Assembly (NCBI GenBank): GCA_023701225.1
Contig: JAMPXM010000003.1
Coordinates: forward strand, 1-43,962
Reading direction: 5' to 3'
DNA from: Pseudobdellovibrionaceae bacterium
Lineage (GTDB): Bacteria; Bdellovibrionota; Bdellovibrionia; Bdellovibrionales; JAMPXM01
Length of the DNA: 43,962 nucleotides
The notes beneath the pieces are model-generated. The model saw only the letters and a list, made by a program, of their open reading frames with translations. It was not told the DNA's origin and did no database searches. The position numbers and the translations under genes are program-made. Positions within the stretch are counted from its first letter, which is position 1; every line of letters begins with the position of its first letter. This document shows positions 1 to 9,171 of the stretch, piece by piece.

Positions 1-700
1 AGCCCGTAAAGAGAACGCCATCGACGTTCTCGTCGGTGCAAAGCCGCTTGCCCGTCTCGCCGACTCCTTGCACGAGATTGAAAACCCCCTTGGGGAACTG
101 GGCGCGCTCAAACATTTGCGCCATCAGTTGGCCGATCGCCGGCGTCACCTCGGAAGGTTTGAACACCACTGTGTTACCTGTCGCCAATGCGGGAATGATG
201 TGTCCGTTCGGCAAGTGAGCAGGAAAGTTAAATGGCCCAAGCACCGCCATCACGCCACGCGGCCGGAAGCGAACAAAGCCATCGACGTTCGGAAGTGCCT
301 GGCTCACTTTCTGCTCCACGACCAGGGCCATCGAGTGTTCCAACGTGATGTCGATCTTGTTGGAGAGGTTTTTCGCTTCGGTCATGGCCTCCCAAAGAGG
401 CTTGCCCGTTTCGCGCGCGATTGTTTCGGCGACCTGAGCTTCCATACTTTGGTAAACTTCTTTCAGTCGCCGAAGAGCCGCAAACCGTGTTTCCATGGGA
501 AGCGCCGACCAGTCCTGGAAGGCACTGCGTGCCGCCGCAGTCGCGCGCGCGACATGATCGTAACGATACTCCAGACGCATGACCTCATCTTTGAGGTCCG
601 CCGGGCTCGTATCCACGAACTCGCCATCCGGGCGGTCCGGTTTCACCCAAACACCGTCGATGTAATCTCCCAAAAATGGAATAGGTCGAAGTTCGCTCAT
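1..700 (-). CDS. astD: Succinylglutamate-semialdehyde dehydrogenase (aldehyde dehydrogenase family), runs off the left edge
   Basis: Not in the ORF track. Hand translation from ATG at 700 (SD GAGG upstream) gives MSELRPIPF...ETGKPLWEA...GPFNFPAHLPNGHIIPALATGNTVVFKPSE...LFTG, typical AstD motifs. Lies directly downstream of astA. Confidence 0.9.
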   Translation of the reverse strand, partial: MSELRPIPFLGDYIDGVWVKPDRPDGEFVDTSPADLKDEVMRLEYRYDHVARATAAARSAFQDWSALPMETRFAALRRLKEVYQSMEAQVAETIARETGKPLWEAMTEAKNLSNKIDITLEHSMALVVEQKVSQALPNVDGFVRFRPRGVMAVLGPFNFPAHLPNGHIIPALATGNTVVFKPSEVTPAIGQLMAQMFERAQFPKGVFNLVQGVGETGKRLCTDENVDGVLFTG

Positions 701-753
701 TGCGTTCCTCTCTTTACATGGCCCTGCGCCTGATTCGTCATCCGTGTCTTGTT

Positions 754-1776
754 TCAGCCGCCCTTGACCGGAGAAATATACACTTTCTCTCCGGGGTCGA
801 GGCTCAGTGTTCTCATCGCCGACTCTGGCAGCACGATCTGTCCGTCCTGATCCTCGAACGCCGATTGCACGCCCCGGAATTGTCCGTCACGGTGAACACC
901 AATCAGCGCATGTTGTGAGAACTGTCCGCGACTTGAGTTTAACACAGAAACCCACCGCCCGTTCTTCACGATCGAGATGTCTTGTGTATCCGCACCATAG
1001 TGCGGGCCGCCGTCGAAGGGATCGACCTCATGCAAATACTGAAAACCGATCGACTCGAGTAAGTGCTGCGCGGGTCGCGTTTCTTGGCCGACACGGCCGA
1101 GCACCAAACGCGCGCGGGAGTCGAGCAGCGTGAGGTAAATTTCCTCTTCTGGAAACAAGCTGCTGATGAACTCCTTGTTTCGCTGACTGATCAGATCCGC
1201 CTCTTGATACGGTAGGCCTGTGAACCGGCGTCCCAACGCCTCCCAAAACTCACTTCGCCCGCCTTCGGCTAGCGGCGGAGTGAGCTCGCACAAAACCCGC
1301 GACTGAAAGTCCTCCGGATTCATGCCCATGAACAAGAACCGGATGAGGCTGATTTGTCGACCGAGCTTTTCCGGGCGGCGGCGATAATTACGGTCAATGA
1401 GGAGACCACCGATCTCGGTCGGCCCGTCGGTGTCTTCGCATAAACGTAAGACCTGGTGAATAAAGCCGATCCCCAGGTCTTCAGAGAACCGGTTTTTCTT
1501 GAGGATCTTGAAATAGTAGTGCGGGCTTTCCTCGTTGCCATGCTTGGCGATGATCAAAGAGCTGCCGGCGATCTGTCCTTGTTCCAAGTCTTCGACGACA
1601 AACAAATACTCAGCTTCCGGAGGCGCCAGGTCACCACTGAATGAGCCTTGGCTTCGCTCGATTTTTTCCGCGAGCACTTTTTTATCACTCGGAAGATTCA
1701 AAAGCGAAAACTGGCCCGCCAAATCGCTCAGCTGTTTCAGGTCTTGAATGGCAACATTGCGTAAGAGGAAATTCAT
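754..1776 (-). CDS. astA: Arginine N-succinyltransferase family protein
   Basis: NLP, YLFVVED, FWEALGRRF and VDPFDGGP motifs. ATG at 1776 overlaps the upstream stop (ATGA). Confidence 0.88.
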   Translation of the reverse strand: MNFLLRNVAIQDLKQLSDLAGQFSLLNLPSDKKVLAEKIERSQGSFSGDLAPPEAEYLFVVEDLEQGQIAGSSLIIAKHGNEESPHYYFKILKKNRFSEDLGIGFIHQVLRLCEDTDGPTEIGGLLIDRNYRRRPEKLGRQISLIRFLFMGMNPEDFQSRVLCELTPPLAEGGRSEFWEALGRRFTGLPYQEADLISQRNKEFISSLFPEEEIYLTLLDSRARLVLGRVGQETRPAQHLLESIGFQYLHEVDPFDGGPHYGADTQDISIVKNGRWVSVLNSSRGQFSQHALIGVHRDGQFRGVQSAFEDQDGQIVLPESAMRTLSLDPGEKVYISPVKGG

Positions 1777-3116
1777 AAACACACCCTTGAAACGACGCCC
1801 TTGTAAAACCGAATCGCCTCCTGGAGCTGACTGATTTTAACATGCTCGTTTGGCGTATGACTATTACCGACCCCTTGTCCCGCTCCGATCACGACACACT
1901 CCATGCCAAATCGGCTGAAAACATTGGCCTCGTTGGTCGCGGACTGCGTGGCGCACTGGCCGTCGCGTCCGAGCCGTTGCAATTCGCCTTGGCAAACGCG
2001 TACAAACTCGGCGTCCGGTGACGTGCGATAGGGTTGCTTGTAATCCGTGATGCGAAACGCGCCGCCGACGCTCTCGCAAGCGTCGCGAATTTCCCGCATC
2101 CAACCCTCATAGGTTTCGTTACTGACCACGGGTGGCAAACGGCAGCAGCCGAGCATTTTGACATGATCTTGAAAGGTCCGGATCATGCCGATGTTCAGGG
2201 TCGGGCGCGGCGGAACGAAGCTCGAGTCACTGTACGCCGTGAAGTCGTTTTCCAATTTCGCGATCGCGTTCATGACCCTTTGCACACGCCGGCTGATGTT
2301 TTCCCGCAGACCTCCGACGAGGTCGATTTCCAACATCGCTCTGGAAGGAACGGTATTGAAGTTCACTCCACCCTCGACGCTCATCACGGCCAAACCTTCC
2401 GGCAGCTTCGCCAGATATTCCAACATTTTAAGAATCGCGCTTTCTCCCAAGTCCGGATTCGAGGAGTGAGCCGATCGACCCGTGAATATCTTGCTTTGCG
2501 TGGAGGTGCTTTCACCGAGATCGTGCTGCGCACGATAGTTCCGTTCCTCGTCCGGAAACGGAATTTCGATCTCGACTTGCGCAAGGCCTTTCATCGCGTG
2601 GATGAGGCGCATTTCCGTCGGCTCGCCCACAAGCGCCCGGCGGGCCGCGATTTTCTTTTTGCGAATCAACCGCACCGCGCCCGCCATGCCTAACTCTTCT
2701 CCGAACGTACCGACCAACACCGGCGGCAGGCGATACATCTTGATGCCGATTTCTTTGATGGCCTGCAATTTACAAAGAAAATCCAACTTCACGTCGCTGG
2801 CGCCAAGTCCGTAGAGTTCGTCACCATAAATGCTGGCGTTAAAAGGATTGGCGTTGGTTTTCGTCCACAGGGCATAGGCTCCCGGATCCACGGTGTCGAG
2901 GTGAGTCTGCAACATCAATTCGCCTTCGACGGGTGCCTCGCCGGGGCGAGCGATGATATTCGCTTGATCAACGCCGTTGAGCGTCTCGCTTTGGATCTCC
3001 ACGTTCAAGCCCGCTCCGCGACACAATGCCCCCGCAAAGTCGGCGAGCTCGCGCGTCCCTCCGGACGGCGAGCTGTCGATCGCGATAAACTTGCGGCAAG
3101 CGTCGAGAAATTCCAA
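1773..3116 (-). CDS. M20 family metallo-hydrolase (ArgE/DapE-like deacylase)
   Basis: HLDTV, GLGASDVK, GEE, GEPT and HTPNE metal-binding motifs. TTG start at 3116 follows GAGG just after the aminotransferase stop; the longer ORF-track N-terminus overlaps that gene. Confidence 0.85.
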   Translation of the reverse strand: MEFLDACRKFIAIDSSPSGGTRELADFAGALCRGAGLNVEIQSETLNGVDQANIIARPGEAPVEGELMLQTHLDTVDPGAYALWTKTNANPFNASIYGDELYGLGASDVKLDFLCKLQAIKEIGIKMYRLPPVLVGTFGEELGMAGAVRLIRKKKIAARRALVGEPTEMRLIHAMKGLAQVEIEIPFPDEERNYRAQHDLGESTSTQSKIFTGRSAHSSNPDLGESAILKMLEYLAKLPEGLAVMSVEGGVNFNTVPSRAMLEIDLVGGLRENISRRVQRVMNAIAKLENDFTAYSDSSFVPPRPTLNIGMIRTFQDHVKMLGCCRLPPVVSNETYEGWMREIRDACESVGGAFRITDYKQPYRTSPDAEFVRVCQGELQRLGRDGQCATQSATNEANVFSRFGMECVVIGAGQGVGNSHTPNEHVKISQLQEAIRFYKGVVSRVCL

Positions 3117-3127
3117 CCGACGACCTC

Positions 3128-4513
3128 TTACGCCATTTCCAAAATCGACTTTTCGATCACTTTTTCCGCGACCGCGATGTCCTTCGACGTCATGACCGCC
3201 GGGACAAGGAAACGGAGACGATACGGATCGCGTCCGCAGGAGAACGCAATGACCCCGTTTTTGAAAAGCGTATGCAGCAGTTGAGTGACCGTGTCTTTGC
3301 CGCCGTCCAGTGGCGTGACCGCGATCATCAATCCCATACCACCCGCCTCGCGCAATAAACCTTTGCACGTTGTTTCGTTGAGACGGTTGAGCATACCGAC
3401 GAAATCTTTGTGGATGCTCTGGATCTTGCCATTCGGTCCCATATAACCGCCGTTGACCATTTCTTCGAGAATGGCCAAACCAGCCGCCAGTGGGGCGCTG
3501 CCGCCCGCGAAAGTTCCGGCGACCAAGCCCGGCTGCGGATTGTATTCTTCGGTGTATAAAGTCGCTCCGCACTGAAGCGTTTTAGCGACCGTGCAAATAT
3601 CGATGTACGAGCCAATCCCGAGAGTCTCAAACGCGAATAGCTCTCCCGTGCGCATGAACGTTTGCACTTCATCCGCCCACACCGCGATCTTCTTCTCTTT
3701 GCAAAACTCCAGAAGAGGCACGAAAAAGTCGCGTGGCGCCGAGCGGTACCCGCCTTCGCCGAGCATCGGCTCGAAAACCAAACAAGATATGTTTTTTTCG
3801 TGCTTGGCAACGTGTTCTTTGAAGAGCGCGAGCGTGCGCTCGGTCGACCTCGCGCCCTCGCTTGCGTCATACCACGGAATGCGCAGCACTTCGTTGTATT
3901 CGGGCAAACCTTGCTTGTAAGCGGGATTGTCCGTCACCTCCGCCATCATCGTCGAGCGTCCGGCGAATGCGTTTTTCATCGCCACGACGAAGCGCGCCGG
4001 CGAATGTTTTTGGCGCGCCATTTTGAGCGCGTTTTCGTTGGCCATGGTCCCGCACGTCGCGATCCACGCATACTTCAGACGACTGTTTTTCGACGCCACT
4101 TCCACGAGGCGTTTTCCCATGAGCGAATATTCATGGTTGGGTTCCAGGTTGCCTTGCATGACGACATCGCTGAGAGCGCCTCGCACGGATGCCGCAATGA
4201 CCTTGGGATGGCTATGGCCGAGAATATGAACACCGATACCGTTGATCAGGTCCATCTTCACGCTCCCGTCTTCGAGCTCCACGTATGGGCCATGACCGGC
4301 GCCCGTTCCCAAGTACGGATAAACAAGAGGGCGACCGCGATATTTGCCGATCTCGGCGAGTGCGCTCTTGGCGTGATCCGCCCGGGCCGGATCTGGCTCG
4401 CGAATCTCGGCGATCGGTTGCTCGAGCCGAGCGACCTCTTGCACAAGATCGTTGATAAGGGAGTGAATCCGCGTGGAGGCAGCAATCTCGTGACCGACCA
4501 ATTTCGAAGACAT
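3128..4513 (-). CDS. Class III PLP aminotransferase (succinyl/acetylornithine aminotransferase, AstC/ArgD-like)
   Basis: GTMANENALK, FAGRS, EPMLGEGG, DEVQT, VAK (PLP lysine) and GTF motifs. First gene of the ast operon. Confidence 0.88.
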   Translation of the reverse strand: MSSKLVGHEIAASTRIHSLINDLVQEVARLEQPIAEIREPDPARADHAKSALAEIGKYRGRPLVYPYLGTGAGHGPYVELEDGSVKMDLINGIGVHILGHSHPKVIAASVRGALSDVVMQGNLEPNHEYSLMGKRLVEVASKNSRLKYAWIATCGTMANENALKMARQKHSPARFVVAMKNAFAGRSTMMAEVTDNPAYKQGLPEYNEVLRIPWYDASEGARSTERTLALFKEHVAKHEKNISCLVFEPMLGEGGYRSAPRDFFVPLLEFCKEKKIAVWADEVQTFMRTGELFAFETLGIGSYIDICTVAKTLQCGATLYTEEYNPQPGLVAGTFAGGSAPLAAGLAILEEMVNGGYMGPNGKIQSIHKDFVGMLNRLNETTCKGLLREAGGMGLMIAVTPLDGGKDTVTQLLHTLFKNGVIAFSCGRDPYRLRFLVPAVMTSKDIAVAEKVIEKSILEMA

Positions 4514-4591
4514 CGTGAAAACCCTCGCTCGAAAACAATGAGATATCGTGGTGAATCGACTAGACAGACGCCTGCATACTATTCGAAAAAG

Positions 4592-4619
4592 TTGCAGATT
4601 CCAGCCAGTTCTCTACACT
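4592..4619 (+). promoter_or_regulatory. Putative sigma70 promoter for the BatE-like gene
   Basis: TTGCAG-N16-TACACT, ending 8 nt before the ATG at 4628, with no SD. Confidence 0.4.
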
Positions 4620-4627
4620 CCTATCTT

Positions 4628-5431
4628 ATGCGTTTCCTTCGCCTTTTGCTTTTGGTTTTTACCGTTACAATGCTTTGGGCCGTGACGTCTCCGGGGCAAC
4701 CGAAATCCCCCGCTCAACTTTATCAGGACGGCGGCGTCGCGTTTCGCAAAGAGGATTGGGCAGCCGCGCGCGCAGCTCTCGAACAATCCTTGGCAATGGA
4801 TCCGGATCGGCCCGCCGCAGTGTACAACTTAGGACTTGTGGAATTCCGCTCCGGCAAGAAAGGCTTGGGTATCGCTCTTTGGCGCAAAGCATTAGCCATG
4901 TCCCCAGGGTTTGCTCCGGCTGAAGCCGCGCTGGCGTGGGCGAACAATCAGATCCCACGCTCTATGAATTTGGATCCTGGCGTTTGGGAAAACTTTCGAG
5001 ACGCCGTTCTCGTTCGCATCAGCCTCATTGAGATTCTGAGCATCGCGCTCATGGTGTTCGCCTTCTCGGTGTACTTGTTTCTGCGCTATGTCGGCGCTCG
5101 ACGGCGCGCGGTCCTGGACGAACGTCCCACTCCGCCATTTCCCACCGTTGCGTGGTTCTTCGCTTTACTCCTGATCTGCGCAATCGCCCTCAGCGCGGCC
5201 AAGACTTATGACTTAATGATCGATCGCGCCACGGTTTTGACCGCTCGGGTGCCGGCCCGCACGACTCCGGACGCGGAAGCCACGACTCTCTTTGATTTGT
5301 TTGAAGGCGCGGAAGTGATTGTGCGACAATCACAAGGAGACTGGTGGCAGATCTCGGTACCTGGCGGGCTCACAGGTTGGGTACAGAAGGACGCGCTGTT
5401 TTTTTCCTCCAGCCGACGGACTGAGCAGTGA
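4628..5431 (+). CDS. BatE-like protein: signal peptide, TPR, two TM helices, C-terminal SH3b domain
   Basis: MRFLRLLLLVF signal; YNLG...GLGIALWRKAL TPR; two hydrophobic helices; LFEGAEV...GDWWQI...GLTGWV SH3b motif. Confidence 0.75.
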   Translation: MRFLRLLLLVFTVTMLWAVTSPGQPKSPAQLYQDGGVAFRKEDWAAARAALEQSLAMDPDRPAAVYNLGLVEFRSGKKGLGIALWRKALAMSPGFAPAEAALAWANNQIPRSMNLDPGVWENFRDAVLVRISLIEILSIALMVFAFSVYLFLRYVGARRRAVLDERPTPPFPTVAWFFALLLICAIALSAAKTYDLMIDRATVLTARVPARTTPDAEATTLFDLFEGAEVIVRQSQGDWWQISVPGGLTGWVQKDALFFSSSRRTEQ

Positions 5432-5985
5432 ATATCCTCTGGGACAACATCTTCCGCAAAGCGAAGAAAGAAAATGATATCCGCACGGTTCTGAAAGAGA
5501 ACGCGCTTTTTCACGATCTCAGTGATCGTGAGTTGTCGTTCGTTCAGGATATCGTGCACGTGCGACGCTATCATTCCGGCGAAGCCGTCTTCCGCCAGGG
5601 CGAAGTCGGGGTCGGCATGTACATCATCGTCAAAGGTCGAGTGGAAATTTACGTCACGGATCCGACAGCGGCGGAAGACGCGTTCCGCGACATCTATATC
5701 ACCCAGTTGCTGGAAGGCGACTTTTTTGGCGAACTCTCGCTCGTGGAAGAAAACGGGCGCCGCACGGCCTCCGCCGTCGCGCGTGACGAGACAACGCTGA
5801 TCGGGTTCTTTAAACCGGATTTAATGGAAATCCTCGAGCGCAGCCCTTCGGCCGGCGTGAAAATCATTTTCCGCCTGGCGGAAGTGTTGGGCCGCCGCCT
5901 CAAAGAAACCACGGACAAAGTTTCCGATCTGCGTAAAACCTTGAAAGAAATGCGGGAGCCCCCGCCCATGACCCCGTATGAGTGA
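5428..5985 (+). CDS. Stand-alone cyclic nucleotide-binding domain protein (no HTH)
   Basis: VFRQGE, MYIIVKGRVEI and GDFFGELSL...RTASAVA phosphate-binding cassette. GTGA overlap with the upstream gene. Confidence 0.88.
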   Translation: MNILWDNIFRKAKKENDIRTVLKENALFHDLSDRELSFVQDIVHVRRYHSGEAVFRQGEVGVGMYIIVKGRVEIYVTDPTAAEDAFRDIYITQLLEGDFFGELSLVEENGRRTASAVARDETTLIGFFKPDLMEILERSPSAGVKIIFRLAEVLGRRLKETTDKVSDLRKTLKEMREPPPMTPYE

Positions 5986-7051
5986 CACCAAACTCGCGTC
6001 CCGACTGCGCCGCGAACGTTGGTTGAAGCTGTCCGCGTTCTTGGCGATTCACTCCCTCGCCCTGGTCCTGTTATTCACCATCGACAATTTGCTGGTGTCC
6101 TTTGTCTTGGCGTTCGTCATTAATTATCTGCTCGCTCCGTTGGTGAGTTATGTGGAGCGGAAACGCATCCCGCGCCATATCGCGATCTTGATTCCCTTCG
6201 TCACTTCGGGACTCATCATCGGTCTCGCGATTTATTTGGTGCTGCCGCTCGTGACAGCTCAGATCACGTCGCTCGAAGCACAACTTCCCATCTATCAGCG
6301 TGATTTGCTGGCGCTCATCGGGCGTATCGAAATGCGGATCAAGGGCCTTTTCAATCTCCATGAATTCAATGTCGCGCAAAATGTGAACACCTGGCTCATC
6401 GCCAAAACCGGTGAGCTCTCCACGCTATTGCCCTCGATCATTTCGCAATCCCTCACGGTCGCTCTGCTTGCCCCGTTTCTTGCTTACTTCATGCTCCAAG
6501 ATGGCCGCTCGGTCTCCCGCAGCCTGCTCGCGATGGTACCCAATAACCTATTTGAGCTCGCACTCAATCTCCACCACCAGATCAACGAGCAAATGGGCGG
6601 ATTTATCCGCGCTCGTTTTCTCGAGGCGGCGATCGTCGGCCTCGTGGTTTGGGCGGGACTGGCGATCATCGGCTTCCCGTACGCGCCGCTCTTGTCGATC
6701 TTCGCCGCTCTCATGAATTTGATTCCGTACGTCGGTCCGATACTCGGTGCCGTTCCCGCCGTACTCATCGCTCTGATTTCAGAAGATGGCGCAATCTACA
6801 GCTCAATGAGCCTGAATCTCTTCGTATTGACGTCCGTCTTCTTCATTGCGCAGCTGATCGACGTTTTGTTCATCATCCCGTTCGTGGTCGCTCGGATCGT
6901 CAACCTTCATCCGGTGACCGTGATCCTGGTGATCATCATCGGCGCCCAACTGATGGGCATCTTGGGTATGGTGATTTCGATTCCCGTCGCGAGTGTCCTC
7001 AAGTTGACCTTGACGGCGGTTTATAACCACCTCTTGGAATTCCGTTCTTAA
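5978..7051 (+). CDS. AI-2E family transporter
   Basis: Multiple TM helices; YLLAPLV, NLIPYVGP and LHPV...GILGMVISIP signatures. Confidence 0.9.
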   Translation: MSDTKLASRLRRERWLKLSAFLAIHSLALVLLFTIDNLLVSFVLAFVINYLLAPLVSYVERKRIPRHIAILIPFVTSGLIIGLAIYLVLPLVTAQITSLEAQLPIYQRDLLALIGRIEMRIKGLFNLHEFNVAQNVNTWLIAKTGELSTLLPSIISQSLTVALLAPFLAYFMLQDGRSVSRSLLAMVPNNLFELALNLHHQINEQMGGFIRARFLEAAIVGLVVWAGLAIIGFPYAPLLSIFAALMNLIPYVGPILGAVPAVLIALISEDGAIYSSMSLNLFVLTSVFFIAQLIDVLFIIPFVVARIVNLHPVTVILVIIIGAQLMGILGMVISIPVASVLKLTLTAVYNHLLEFRS

Positions 7052-7118
7052 GCCGATTTTTCCAGTGTTTTTGCGGCTTTCTGCCAGCTTCCAACCAGTT
7101 TACGACAGGGCCTTTCAA

Positions 7119-7148
7119 TTGACTTCGGGAGCGCTTCGTCATTAGACT
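7119..7148 (+). promoter_or_regulatory. Putative sigma70 promoter for bamD (possibly leaderless mRNA)
   Basis: TTGACT-N18-TAGACT; ATG lies 6 nt after the -10 box; no SD. Confidence 0.55.
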
Positions 7149-7154
7149 CTTCCC

Positions 7155-7910
7155 ATGCGAAAGCCCGTTATTTTAGCCACTCTCACGCTCATCTCCAGCC
7201 TTGCGGTCGGTTGCTCCAGTATCGATAAAATCGATACTTCCACGCCGGAAGGCGCCTACCAGCTCGCAGAAGAGTACGAAAAAGACGAGCGCTACGACGA
7301 AGCGGTTCAGCGCTTTCAAGAAGTCCGCACGAAGTTTCCCTACAGTAAGCTCGCGACGGCGGCCGAGTTGAAAATCGCCGATGTGCACTACAAACGCGAA
7401 GCCTTCATCGAAGCGCAGGGCGCGTACCAATTGTTCAAGGACTTCCATCCCAAGCACGCGCAGATCGACTACGTCACGTTCCGCCTGGCGATGAGTTACT
7501 TCAATCAGCTTCCGGATACGATCGATCGGGATTTAAGTGTCGCCGACAAAGCGATTCTCTATTTCGACGAAGTCATGACGTCCTATCCGACCTCCGCGCA
7601 TGCCGGCGAGGCGCGCGATCGCAAAGCGGCGGCGCTGAAAATGCTCGCTGAAAAAGAGCTTTACGTCGCCGATTTCTACATGAAGCGCAGAACGTTCGAG
7701 AGCGCTCTCAAGCGCTACGAATACTTGCTGAAAACATATCCCAGCAGCGGCCTCGATGCCCGCGCGTTGTACGGCGCCGCCAAGAGTGCGTTCGAACTGG
7801 GCGAGAAAGATCGTGCCCTCCAGCACTATCGCCAGCTCTCGAGCCTTTACCCTTCTTCCTCCGAAGCCAAGCAAGCCAAGGATGATTTTGAAAAATATGG
7901 CGCAAATTGA
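7155..7910 (+). CDS. bamD: Outer membrane protein assembly lipoprotein BamD
   Basis: Lipobox LAVGC; FPYS, F..FHP.H..IDY, DRD and LAEKELYVADFY motifs. Confidence 0.9.
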   Translation: MRKPVILATLTLISSLAVGCSSIDKIDTSTPEGAYQLAEEYEKDERYDEAVQRFQEVRTKFPYSKLATAAELKIADVHYKREAFIEAQGAYQLFKDFHPKHAQIDYVTFRLAMSYFNQLPDTIDRDLSVADKAILYFDEVMTSYPTSAHAGEARDRKAAALKMLAEKELYVADFYMKRRTFESALKRYEYLLKTYPSSGLDARALYGAAKSAFELGEKDRALQHYRQLSSLYPSSSEAKQAKDDFEKYGAN

Positions 7911-8619
7911 CGTAAAAGAACTCTTGGAGACGACGCGGGAACATTTCCGCGAGGGCAACTACCGCATCGCGGAGTCGCTCTTGCAGCAACTGCTCTTGCA
8001 AGACAGCAAGAATCCCGAAATCTTCCACATGCTGGCGACGATTTATTACGATCAGGGCAAATTCAATAAGGCGATCAAAACGTTTCGCCGCGCTCTGGAA
8101 ATCGATCCCGGCTACACTGATGCCAGCGTCGGCCTCTCGATTATCCTCAACGACTTGGGTAAGTACGATGAAGGCAAAAAGGTCTTTGTCGAGGCACAGG
8201 ATGTCCTGGCGCGCCGGAACAACGAGAGCGACCCTTACGTCCAGGAACGCCTGGCCACCAAGCACGATGAATTGGGTGAACTCTACTTCCAATACAAGCG
8301 CTATGATGAGGCACTGGAACAGTACGAACGCGCGCTGACGCTTTCATCACGCAAGGCCGAACTGAAGATGAAGGTCATCGAATGCTTCCTGAAAAAGGAT
8401 GACGCCAATCGCGCCTTCAAGGATTTGCGCGCGCTGGTCCAGGAATATCCTCAATTCGTTCCCGCTCGTCTCAAACTGGGTATTCTGTATTGGGGCGCTA
8501 AGCGCACCATCGAGGCGATTGAGCAATGGGAAGGCGTGTTGATGCGTGACCCGGATCACCCGCAAGCGCAAAAATATTTGCATATGGCACAAGAAGCCGG
8601 CACGACGCTGGTGACATGA
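7897..8619 (+). CDS. Tetratricopeptide repeat protein
   Basis: Several TPR units (LATIYYDQGKFNKAIKTFRRALEIDP; LGELYFQYKRYDEALEQYERAL). ATG at 7897 overlaps the end of bamD. Confidence 0.85.
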   Translation: MAQIDVKELLETTREHFREGNYRIAESLLQQLLLQDSKNPEIFHMLATIYYDQGKFNKAIKTFRRALEIDPGYTDASVGLSIILNDLGKYDEGKKVFVEAQDVLARRNNESDPYVQERLATKHDELGELYFQYKRYDEALEQYERALTLSSRKAELKMKVIECFLKKDDANRAFKDLRALVQEYPQFVPARLKLGILYWGAKRTIEAIEQWEGVLMRDPDHPQAQKYLHMAQEAGTTLVT

Positions 8620-8649
8620 GCAGCCGCTTTTGACGACGGAGCAAGGACG

Positions 8650-9168
8650 ATGGGACGACTCAAAGACAGCATGATCGCTTATCTCACTCGAGAGGAAATC
8701 AGTGAGATCACCGCCCGACTGGGCAAAGAAATCGCGATGGATTATCGCGGCAAAGAAGTGATCCTGATCTGCCCACTCAAGGGTTCATTTGTCTTCTTGG
8801 CGGACCTCTGCAGGCAAATTCCTCTACCGCAGCAAATCGATTTCGTTCACCTCGCCGCAGCCGAAAAATTTGGAACAGTCCGAATTTTGAAGGACATCAG
8901 CGTCAATATCGCCGGCAAGCATGTCTTGATCGTCGAAGAGGTCATCGACACGGGTCGTACCCTGACCTTCTTGAAAAACCGCCTGAACGCCTCAGCCCCA
9001 GCCTCGCTGAAAGTCGTCACTCTTCTCGACAAACCCGCACGGCGAGAGATCCCGCTGAAGCCGGATTATTCCGGCATTACCATCGACGACCGTTATTTAG
9101 TCGGCTACGGAATGGATTCCGACGAACTCGGTCGCAACTACAGCGATATTTTCTACTTTAAGCAGTAA
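8650..9168 (+). CDS. hpt: Hypoxanthine phosphoribosyltransferase-like protein (divergent)
   Basis: LKGSFVFLADL, VLIVEEVIDTGRTL (PRPP loop), LLDKP and VGYGMD..RN motifs. Confidence 0.75.
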   Translation: MGRLKDSMIAYLTREEISEITARLGKEIAMDYRGKEVILICPLKGSFVFLADLCRQIPLPQQIDFVHLAAAEKFGTVRILKDISVNIAGKHVLIVEEVIDTGRTLTFLKNRLNASAPASLKVVTLLDKPARREIPLKPDYSGITIDDRYLVGYGMDSDELGRNYSDIFYFKQ

Positions 9169-9171
9169 GTT

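Noticed and set aside
3117-3572. N-terminal extension of the M20 ORF
   Set aside because: Overlaps the aminotransferase in another frame; an SD plus TTG at 3116 explains the gene.
3662-4627. N-terminal 322 aa of the 589-aa ORF 3662..5431
   Set aside because: Antisense shadow of the aminotransferase; the real protein starts with a signal peptide at 4628.
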